DNA of 64,000 bases from Vicugna vicugna (lineage: Eukaryota): contig MU058065.1 of the NCBI GenBank assembly GCA_013265495.1, forward strand, positions 3,451,003 to 3,515,002, in the 5' to 3' direction. Of this stretch, positions 53,561 through 64,000 are shown in pieces (positions within the stretch are counted from its first letter, which is position 1; each line of letters opens with the position of its first letter). The notes below the pieces were generated by a model. That model was not told the origin of the DNA. It did not search any database and saw only the letters and a program-made list of their open reading frames with translations. The translations under genes were made by a program, and so were the position numbers.

Positions 53561-54785
53561 TCTGAGTGTGAATGTGCGTGTGCGATTGCGTGCGTGTGTC
53601 TCTGTGTGAATGCATCTAAGGATAGATGTTTGTGTATCTGCGTGGCTAGGAATGCCTGCGTGTGCGGATTTCTATGTGTCTGCGTGTGTGCAAACAAGTG
53701 TGTGAACGTGTGTGACTATGTCCACTTGTGGTCTTGTGTCCGTGTCTCCAAGTGTCTCCAAGTGGTGCGTTTTGCTTAAATACCACCCTCTCTCTAGCCT
53801 TACTGTCCACCTGCTACAGCCCAGGGAAAAAGTGCCTCTTTGCTGAGCATGTAGAATTAAAACACTCCTGCTTTAGCCAGAGACATTTCCTCTGGGTGGA
53901 GTGTTCCAAGTGTTTCCTACCCAGCAGGGGCTGGGGGCGGCAGGTGGGGGACACCGAGTGGCCGTGTGGAGGGCCAGAGAGCCGGGAAATGGCTTCAAAG
54001 GTTTCGGTAACGACTCTTCGGTCTTTATTTATGCCCCTATTAATAAAATATCCATCATGTAGATATTGATCTTTATCCTTTAAACTGATACGCTAGAAAT
54101 CAATTAGCCATGCAGATTACATTTCCTACATATCCAAATGTTAATCTTTCAGACTCTGGGCCAGTGACATGTATTTTTGCAGCCAGATAGTATTAGATTT
54201 CGTTTATAAATGAAAAGAAGAAGAAAGGCTCTCTGAAGCTCATTCCTCTTGGGGCTACTTGTTTTAACTCTTGTCCGGGCTGGGCACTGAGGGTCTGGGG
54301 GCCAGGATGCCTATCTTGGGGTTTTCCGGGGGAGGGGGGAGAAAGTCCAAGGTGGTGCCCTGCATGCGGGGCCACAGAGAGGATTCGGGACAGCTTTCTG
54401 TGACAGGGCTCCTGGCAGCCGGTTCAGCATCGGGTCTGCATTTCTGTCTGGCGCTGGCTCCAGCTCACACTTTGCCTGACCAGTTCCTTTCCATACTTTC
54501 AGTGTTCAAGATGGTCAATTTTCATCTTTTTAGAGTTTTCCCTCAGAGTTCTCCCATCTCTCCACAACTGAATCAATTTTTTTCTTCCACTCCTTTCCCC
54601 CAAACCCAAGACTAGATCAAAGTTTCATCTCCAAAAAGGGAAACTTTCTCAGAAGAGAAAATAGGTGTTTTCCTGTGGAAAAGGAGGTGGAGAGAAAGTT
54701 TAAGGTCTAGGAAGAAACTTAGTGCAATTCCTATCTAGAGATTGGAAAGGCTAAGGCATCCTGTTGTGGTTGTGGTGAACTTCAT

Positions 54786-54841
54786 TTCCTTCCTTCCTTC
54801 CTTCCTTCCTTCCTTCCTTCCTTCCTTCCTTCCTTCCTTCC
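54786..54841. repeat. (TTCC)14 microsatellite
   Basis: Read directly from the sequence; a degenerate pyrimidine tract continues to ~54898. Confidence 0.95.
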
Positions 54842-57800
54842 CTCCTTCCTTCCTCCCTCCCTGCTCCTTTCCCTCTCCTTGTCTTCTCCCCCCTCCCACG
54901 CACATTTGAAAGGATGGAAGGGGTCAGGAGAGGATCTATTTCAGGGCAGGGCCCCCCCCTCCTCTCCTCCGTGCCAGGTAGGCTCCCAGGGGCTGCCCTT
55001 ACAGGGACGGGGTTGGGGGGAGGTGGCTTGCTGGGGGAAGGGTGTGCACAATACTCTTCCTAATATATGTCCCCGGACCCTGTCTGAGCTTCTTGGGGCT
55101 CTGGCCAAATCACACCTGACGCAGCTTGTGGCGACCCGGACTTCTCCAGCTTCTACACCTGTTGCGTTTACCCCGCTGAGTTGGCCACTCAGTCTCCAGC
55201 TCTGGAAGCACTTTTAAAACCTGGGGGCTCAGTGTCCGAGGGCTCACTCGCAGTTCTGCTGCCATAGACTCCCAGGACCCCACTGTGTCTCAGCCAGAGC
55301 TCCTGGGTTTGAATATTCTCCCAGATCTTTCTTGCTCCTAGTGTCACCAGCCTCCCATGTCTCCCTCCGAACTCCACCTCGGAGAGAAATTTCCTGCGGG
55401 GATTGGAGGGATTCAGGCCGAAAGACGATGGCATTTTGTGATGGTGGCTCAGGCACTGGGGCCTCATGACGTCAGAGAGAGACAGGGCCTGATCACAGTG
55501 AAAGGCCTGTTAGTACACCCCACTCCACCCCTTCCCCTCCACCCCACCCCCTCCACTTCTCTCCATCCCCCACCAGCAGAACACACAGTCCCAGCACTTC
55601 ATGTCCTGACGCACACCCAGATACCCTGGGGCAGGAGTTCCTGGAGTGGTCACTCGCCTTCTTTCTGCTCCAGGATTCAAGGAAACCCAGCAGACTTCTT
55701 GTTTCCCCCAGCACTCACATTCGCATTCCCAGCTGTGTGTCCACCCCACTTCAGATCCCCCGCCTGGCCCGCTTACTTCCTCTCTTCCCCAAGGCCCTGG
55801 CTGCCCCCAATGCCATCAGTCTCCCTCTCCCCAAGACTCTTCAGTCCTTACCTCCCACCCGGGATCCCTTTACCCATGGCCCTGCGTGCTCCCACTGCAT
55901 AAACACACACCAGCAGAGTAGTTACCGAATTTCTCTTCTAAACTTTAACACCTCCCTCCTCACTCTTACCGAGTTGGACAGAACATCTTTTGAAGATGAA
56001 TCGACCCTGGCATTTTGCCTGCCTTATTTGCATAAAAATAATTTTTGCAGAACCAAACGAACGTTTGTAGGAGGCAAGTTGCAGTGAGATCCTTTCTCTC
56101 CCTCCCTCACTGTCTTTCAAAAAAAATTTTTTTACATCTCTTTTCTTTCTCTCCCATGTTTCCTTTCCTCTTTTCCCTCCTTCTTTCTTTTCTCACAAAC
56201 CATATGTCTTTATTGAGAACCCACTCACACATTCTGGAGTCACTGCCCCAGCTGCAGGGACACCGAGGGGGCAGAACCACTGCGGCTGGCCCACACTGTA
56301 CTTCAGTGCGACGCCCAGATCCCCATCCAGTCCTTAAAACATAAATCCAACCCCATTCCAATCGATTTTCCAATGGGAGAGAATTGCGGCGCCAAAGCTT
56401 TTGCGAACAACTGCAGGGGTGGGGTGATGGGGGAGGGGGCTGGTGACAGTCACTAAACCAGGTGCAACATGGGCCACAGGTTGACCCAGCAATCACCAAT
56501 TGGAATCCGTCCAAGAAACGCGAGGTCAGGACCTGGCGTTTTGATTTCGTCCTGGTGAACACGGGAAAGCCATTCTGCAGAACTGAGGGTTTCGTCGAGT
56601 TTGCTGAATAATCAGACTGCACCCTGAGAGTGGTGGCTGGGACCCAGTGGGCAGCCAGGCACATCCCCGTGAAATGACACCCTCTAGATAACGCAAAAAA
56701 GATCTGGGTGGCAGGTGACCCCACCCCCCTCCAGTTCAGGGACACTATTTTACACAGAAAATAAGAAGAAATTACATTCCTCCTAAGGCTTGTGTCTGGC
56801 TCAATGAGGTCATCTCTCAGGGCCCCAAGAAGTCCATGGGCCATGAAACGCTTGTGCCTGGGGCCCACAAGTGAGTCGGAGGTTCACTTGGTCCAAGCAG
56901 ACTCCACTCATTCCGGCTGGACTATGGATACATGCATCCAAGCCGGCCGGGAGGGAGGGCCCTCTAGGAAACCGGGCATGCCTCCCCCAGGCTTGGAGGG
57001 GCAGCAGCCATCCGTTTCACCTGAAGTGTCTCTGACACTGGGGGCAGAGGGAGCAGCAGCAAGTTATTTCCTTTTTTTTTTTTGTCTAATTATCCTGCTA
57101 TTGTCCTCAAGGCTCCAGCCTTATTTTCCATGTGCACAGATAGTGCGGGTGGACACCACGTTCGTTCATAAAACTGTGGTGGAGACTCCCTTGGTTGCTT
57201 TCTAGGTAATTTGTCAGCCTGGGGAAATGACGCTGCCTTCCCAGCTTGTGCTCATGGCTGCAGGGCCCAGGCATCTGCCTTCCAAGCCACACTGAGAGGT
57301 CACTCTCTTGCCAATTAGCCGAATGGGGACTCTGTGGCCCACAGGTTCCGGGCGGCGGAAGGGGCCTGCTCCGGGGAGTCTGAGACAGTGATATCTTTGG
57401 CTTCCGCAGAGACTTTGGAAAGAAGTAAAGGGGAGGCCCAAACTTCAGAGAGAGGAAAAGAGTGGCTGGAGTTTAGAATCGAGGTGCGGTCTTTGAAACC
57501 AGTCTGGGAAACCGGGAACCACCCGCCCTCCGCGGACCTGTTGCTCGGGTGGTGCCTGCTCCAGGCTCTGGGCCTGATCTGGGCTGGTCTGGCTGTGAGT
57601 GGGCGCCACCGGCCCAGGAGCCTTAGCCAACATGGCTGTCCTGCACTGCCCGTCCCTTACCCCGCCAACCCGGTCTCAGACTTCGGGGATGTCAAACTCA
57701 GGGAGTTTGGACTCCAGGGAATTTGGAAGTAACCCCAGAGCCCTACCGGCCCAGCTGCCGGGAGCCTGAGTGTGCCCTCCCGCCCTTCTCTGGGTCTCCA

Positions 57801-58979
57801 GGGTCCTCTGTCCGCTGCTAGGGTGGGGAAGGGACGAACTAATCTTCTGGCTACATTCAAATGTACTCAGAGCGCTCCCGAGGGGAGAGGCTGGGAAAGA
57901 AAGACCCCTGAGATGCAAGTTCCCACTCTCCACACCCTCTGGTCTCCATTTGTACATTTTCATAGCAGGTGGCGATTGGCTTACAGATGCGAGTACTGGA
58001 CTGGCACCCATGGGCACTCAAAATCAATTTCACCCGTCAGTACCTCCATTCAAAGGTCCTCCCGGCTCCACGATGGCCATGGACGCGCAACCCGGGAGAA
58101 AGAGTCTGCCTGCCTCAAGCGCGTCCTTTCATGGATCCACAGGCTCTCGGGAGAGAGCACGCCCCGCGGGAGAGTGCCGGACCGCGGGGATGGCTTGGAG
58201 ACGGAGCCCTCGGCTCCAAAACGAATGAGACTCAGCCTTGGACGTTCTCTAACCCCTCACCGCCGCAGGTCCTGGGATTCCTTTTAATTGCGAGTTGAGT
58301 CTGCATTTGCCCTCTTGAAACACACTTTGAGTACCTCCCTCCTCCAACGAGGACCACTGAACTTAGTGCTCTGGCTGCTCCACTCAACCTTTGGAGACAG
58401 AAAATTTGGAAAAAGCCTAGCTCTCTGGAAAGAAGCTTAGAAAACAGAACACAGGCTTTGGTGGCCCCCAAGTGTGCAAAAAGGAAATGAGAAAGTTTTC
58501 CCTTTGACAAATTGAATCATTTAATGTCAAACCAGGTTAAACAGGGCTGCATTCTAAGCAGCATCCTGCCTGTGTACTATGGATGCACATGGGGTGGGTG
58601 AGGGGATGTCCAAACTTTTTCAGGTGCTTCCAGAGGCCTGTCTCCATTGCTCAGAGGGTCAACCAAGCCTTTTAACTTTGGGTCCGGGCCGAAAGCTGCC
58701 TGCCTTTCCCTCTTGCGAGTGAATTTTTAAAGCGCCAACTCGCAGACCGCTGAGCAGCTAGACTTCCCCCAGTCCTCATTTTACTTTAGTTTGCCTTAAT
58801 TAGGAGGTGGGGAGTTGGGGTTGGGGGCCTGAGTTCACGTAAAAACTATCAGGAGTTAGTTAAGAGAAGTGGGGACAAGAAAGAGAGGTGGAGAACTCCA
58901 GCCCAGAAAAAAAAATTCAAAAATTGTAAAAGGAAAAGAGGGAACTGGAAGCCCAGAAGTCATTGTTTCCTTTATTTCA

Positions 58980-59340
58980 AAGGGAAAAACCTGCCTGATT
59001 CTCATCCTTTTGATTGATTAAGGCCCTGAATACCTCGCAGCCCCGGAGTGACAGTCCCTGAATAGACCCAAGCGAATAAAGCGCAGTGCAGAGCGCGGGG
59101 CTGGCACTCGGGGGTGTAAAGGAGGCGAGTTCGCTGGCACTTACCAAGTTATAAATAAAAGGCTATGCACAATGGCACCTTCTCTAAGGACAGACAGTCT
59201 TTACAACACTCCTGGCGTCATATCCTGCTGGGGACACTTCAGCTCCTAGCCAAGACTTCGCTCCTTTTATTTTTCCAGCAGTTTAGTCTGAATACCATAA
59301 TAAATTCCTGAGAACAAACGCTGCAGCGGGGCAAAACTTT
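58980..59340. promoter_or_regulatory. Probable PAX3 proximal neural-crest/neural-tube enhancer region
   Basis: TGATTGAT Pbx/Hox consensus at 59011 and Cdx/posterior-Hox-like AT motifs at 59149 and 59296. Lies ~1 kb upstream of the promoter, where mouse Pax3 neural crest enhancers are known to map. Confidence 0.6.
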
Positions 59341-60039
59341 AACATACAGACGCATTTCTGCCGAAGCAATGGGGGGATCTATACCTCCAGATTTAGAACT
59401 GGGGCTTCCTAGAGCGGGTTTTTTAATCAAGAAGAGGAAACCCTTTTCTCTTTCCTCCCCTCCCCAGCTTACAACTAGCCAGTCCCAGGGCCTCCAGCCA
59501 TTACCTAAGCTTCACACTATTCCTGCCCCCAGACTGAGAAGACAAAAGAACTGATCAGCACACCCTGGGCTCCTCCTGGGAGGAACCCCACTGAGAAGAC
59601 CCCCATAACAAGCCTAGGCCAAGGGACATGGACCAGAGGAAGGAAGACTGAACATGTCTGGGGGCTTCAGTGCCTTCTTATTGGAATTGCGCCCCCTTCA
59701 GTGGCAGTAAGCCAAGAAAAATGGGAACAGGGAAGAGCCACAGGTAGAAAAACAGAGACATAGAAACACACAGAGAGATGGAATGAGAGGAAGAGTCGAA
59801 GACAGAAAACGACACACGGAAATACACAGAGAGAGACAAGGAGACGGAGAAATAGAAAGTCAAGGAGAGAGACACACACGCAGAGTGACAGAGAGACTCG
59901 AACCCCTCTGCACTCCCAGAAGGTGCCATCACCCTCGGGCTGTCTCTCCCCTTGGGTCTACCCTCCTCTCTACGGGGAAGGGGCGCCGCGCGGGTCCCTC
60001 TCTCGGGCCGGCAGAGGCCCCGGCACCACCGGGGATGGG

Positions 60040-60190
60040 AAGAGAAAGTGGCCGCTGTTGCCCAATCAGCGCGTGTCTCCGCCACCCGGGACGGTCTCCC
60101 CGTCGGCCAATCGCAGCTCAGGGCTCCTGACCAAGCTTTGGGTGAAAGAACTAATAAATGCTCCCGAGCCCGGATCCCTGCACTCGGTGT
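60040..60190 (+). promoter_or_regulatory. PAX3: PAX3 core promoter
   Basis: Two CCAAT boxes (60062, 60107) and a TATA-like taataaat (60152), followed by an ATG-free GC-rich leader of ~390 nt up to the PAX3 start. Confidence 0.75.
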
Positions 60191-60544
60191 CACGACGGGA
60201 GGAGACTCAGGCCGGCCGCCCTCCCGCTCCCACCCCCACTCCCCGGCTCGTCGCGGCGCTCGGAACCCCCTCCCCAGCGCCCCCAGCCGCGGGGCCGCTC
60301 GCCCAGACTCGCACCAAACTTTTCCGCCTCGGGCTCAGGACCCTGGACTCTGGGCCTCCCTGCCCGCCCCTTTCCTTGGTTCCATCTCGAGCCTCTCTCT
60401 GGACTAGGAGCGAGCAGCCCCCCTCTCCGTGTCCCTCCCTCTCTCTCCAGCCTTTTTGGGGAGGGGCTCCCCAAGCTCGGGGGAGTTGCTGGGGGTCACC
60501 AGCGCAGCGCTCGTCTTTCTATTTTGCCTTCACCTGGAATATAA

Positions 60545-60667
<123 letters not shown>

Positions 60668-61933
60668 TAGCGCCGCGCGGAACCCGGGCCGCGGCCAGGC
60701 AGCGCCACCCTGCCCGGAGCCTCTGCAGCTTCCTCTGAGCGTCCAGCAGCCCATTCCCGGGGTACTTCCACCCAGGAGGGAGCAGTCGCGGGGAGATCCC
60801 CCAACTCGATTTTTCCTGGGCAAACGGGGCGCCGCTCTCTTCCAAACAGCTCGCAGCGCTTGGAGACCAGGCCTGCTCCGGGGCCGGTCCGCTCTCCCCT
60901 GTTGTTTTGGAGATGCCGCGGTGGGGAAGGGATCAATCGACTTCTGAGCACCAGAAAGGAACTTCTTCGCATTTTGTCCACCCAAAGGCACTTCAAAACT
61001 GTCCCAGCTGCTCCCATATTTGCCGAAGTCTTGTTAATTCCGGAAGGATTTTCCTGCCGGTGCAAAGTTGTGGTGGCACACGCCGCGCAGCATCGTGCTT
61101 GGAAATTTTAGTATTACTTGATTCATTAATTAGAGTTCCATTCATCTCCAGAGGCATCTCAAAGTTGTCATAACCCGTTGGGGGAACTGCTTTTCAGTCA
61201 ACCTGAAGGTTCTGGAATCCCGGGGAGTCAGGAGGATTTGCAAGGAGACTTTCTAGATAGTTTAGGAGGTTGGGGCGCCCGAGCCGGGATGCTGACGGGG
61301 AGGCTCCTGGCCTTGGCCCTCGGTCGGTCCAGAGTAGAACATACTACCCAGAGCACCATAGGAGGCGAGGACGCCTGCAAGCAGAGCTGACTGTCGTCTC
61401 TGTCCCCGAGGTGTAACAGGTGACACGTGCTGCCACCTGCGGCCTGCCTTCAGGAGCCTCTTTGACCTTTGGCTGGAGCGCTCTTAGCTGGAAACCTGAA
61501 GGACTGTCAGCTCCTCCAAATCCCTTAGAAAGAAAGCCACCCCAATTAGACAGAGTTCAGTGTGAACTGGAGAAGGCCAGTGCCTCCTGGCCAGGAGGAT
61601 GTTCCTTGAATTAGATATACTTTATTCCAGCCTCAGGGTCTCCTTTCCCCGCAATTGTCCCCTTTCTTGGGCCCAAAGGGAGGGCAGTTTCACTGGGGAG
61701 AGTTATTTTGCTCCGGTTGTTCCCTTCACACAAGATTATGTGCCTCCAAGTTGCTTGATAATTTGAACAAAGTTGATTGGAATAGGGTCTGGCTCTGGGA
61801 GCCTGAATTGAGCAGTTTCAATGCTGAGGCTGTAACATGCCGATTGGCCAGAGGAGTATGAAATTAGTTGGGTTCATCTCCCCTCTCCCAAAATGACTTT
61901 CCGTTTGCTTCTCTTTTCGCCTTCTGCTCCCAG

Positions 61934-62169
61934 TGTCCACTCCCCTCGGCCAGGGCCGGGTCAACCAGCTCGGCGGTGTATTTATCAATGGCAGGCCACT
62001 ACCCAACCACATCCGCCACAAGATTGTGGAGATGGCCCACCATGGCATCCGGCCCTGCGTCATCTCCCGCCAGTTGCGCGTGTCCCACGGCTGCGTCTCT
62101 AAGATCTTGTGCAGGTATCAGGAGACGGGCTCCATCCGTCCCGGTGCCATCGGTGGCAGCAAGCCCAAG
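61934..62169 (+). CDS. PAX3: Paired box 3, exon 2 (N-terminal paired domain)
   Basis: Polypyrimidine tract plus cag acceptor; (V)[78 protein letters not shown]; gtgagt donor. Confidence 0.99.
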
Positions 62170-62290
62170 GTGAGTGCGCCGCCTGGCCCTGAGGCCTTCG
62201 ATCTGTGGTGTCCAGAGTTAGGGAAGAGCAGCCCTGGGGCAAGGACTGCCATCTGGAGCTTTCCAAGGAGATTTTCCCTAGTCCGGGAAG

Positions 62291-62292
<2 letters not shown>

Positions 62293-62338
<46 letters not shown>
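62293..62338. repeat. (GT)23 microsatellite in PAX3 intron 2
   Basis: Read directly from the sequence. Confidence 0.95.
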
Positions 62339-62339
<1 letters not shown>

Positions 62340-62362
62340 GGGAGGGGAGGGGGGGGGACGAG

Positions 62363-62397
62363 NNNNNNNNNNNNNNNNNNNNNNNNNNNNNNNNNNN
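62363..62397. other. Assembly gap (35 N)
   Basis: Run of n characters. Confidence 1.
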
Positions 62398-63521
62398 TGT
62401 GTGTTGGGAGGTGAAGGGAAGGGACTAGATTTCTCTCTGAGCTGGTGTTCCTTGATAAATGCTAAGGAAAAACTCCAGCCTTTCTGCAAAAGGGATAAAG
62501 CATTTGTTTTTCATGCCTTAGAATCCTGAAAGCCTCATCAAATTATTTTAACAGGCAAAAACCTAAAGCGTGCAAGCTGTGTGTGCCCACCTGTTGCTGA
62601 GTTCTTCCCCAAGGATCCTTCCAGCTCCCAGCACTGCCCTTTCCAATATTAATCCAAGGAGCCACTTTTGGTTCCCTGATGATTCCTCTGCCAACTCCTG
62701 TCCCCAAGCGCCTCCAGTCCAAAGTGTCTTCAAGCAGTTAAAAGCTAAAGTGATTTTTCTTTGTAATGAGCCAGTTACTTTTTAAAAAGAAGTTTGGTGC
62801 TATCCTCAAATTATTTTGCTTCTCTTTAAAAAAGGAAAGAGAGCCACACAGGCCAGAGCTGAGTGGGAGTGGGGTATAAAGGATCTGCCTTTTCTTCTGG
62901 ATGTGGGGGAAATTCAGTATAATTTTCTGGTTGCCACAGGGCAAAACCAAAGGAGAGTTCTGGTAAACTGAAGACTTCCAAACACCCACCTCTTCTCCTC
63001 CAATGCCACCCCCATTTGTAACCTCTCTAAGAATCTCTGGAAACTCCTTTTATTGGGGAAAAAAGGAGCCAGTCTTTTAAATTATCCATATTTGTTACCA
63101 GCTATAGTTTAAAAAAACCTAGATACTCACCTTTTGTATTTCATTTTGCTTTTCACTTTGGCTAAAATCTTATGCTCCTTTGGAAAGGCACAAGTCGCAG
63201 ATCTAACTTGATTTTTCAGCTCCTCTTTCAAGCATTTCTTTTTTAGTTTCGTTTTCTTGCTGATTTAGTGTAAGGAGTTGCCTTTCTTTATTTCCATGGA
63301 TCAGATAGCACCCTCCCCCAATACGTTATGCTTCTTAATTTATCCTGATTATGAGAGCTGATTTGGGAAGGAGAGTGCCCAGTCTGCTGCGGGGTGGGAT
63401 TGTTTCCTGTCTGCCCCTTTCTAAAGAAAACTGTCTCAGAGAGTTGAGGTCCTTTTGCTAACTAGAGGAACCTTCCCATGGGGCACTGGAAGGAGCGTCT
63501 GGCCAGGCCCGGAGGCGGTAA

Positions 63522-63734
<213 letters not shown>

Positions 63735-64000
63735 TGAGGCTCAAGTGTTGGTCGCTAGTACCCAGGCAGGTCGTCTGAGCCATAATCACCCCAATGATCA
63801 ATCTAAGCGATCCGGAGGCGACCGGCCCTGCCCAAGTCTCTTAAATATTTATGAACTAGACATTTTTGACGTTTTATGGAGGGAGTGATGAGCTCCTTAT
63901 CCTGGGGTTGAGAGACCACCGCTGAGGGCTCCCCAAACAGGATTTCTGTCGAGAAGGCACGGCAGGAAACGCGAGGTGGAGGCCAAGCGTTTATTAATAT

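Noticed and set aside
56107..56868. 253-aa minus-strand ORF upstream of PAX3
   Set aside because: No recognisable domain, and the tail derives from a pyrimidine-rich simple sequence. It cannot be supported as a gene without conservation data.
61491..61499. Exact MEF3/SIX motif GAAACCTGA in PAX3 intron 1
   Set aside because: A single 9-mer match is roughly expected by chance in 64 kb, and there is no supporting context.
61933..62529. 198-aa ORF as a standalone paired-box gene
   Set aside because: It is PAX3 exon 2 running through the gtgagt donor into the intronic (GT)n and the gap.

Overview
Mammalian genomic DNA, most likely a camelid: it carries tRNA-derived SINEs of the vic-1 type, and I saw no Alu, B1, Bov-tA or PRE-1 elements. 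The window covers the 5' part of PAX3 and about 60 kb upstream of it. The first ~38 kb is AT-rich intergenic sequence full of decayed repeats (L1, MaLR LTRs, MIR/L2, MER5/MER20, two hAT transposase fossils) and contains an apparently exact 1,062-bp tandem duplication. A CpG island at 39.4-40.4 kb holds an intronless 336-aa C3HC4-RING protein with two transmembrane segments, probably RNF228 of the RNF182/152/183/186 group. Its start codon is the last of three ATGs, one in each reading frame, immediately before a (GGC)9 tract. From ~46 kb onward there is a chain of CpG islands and candidate enhancers leading to the PAX3 promoter and coding exons 1-3 on the + strand. Repeat family names and boundaries were judged by eye and are approximate. 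No database search was run.
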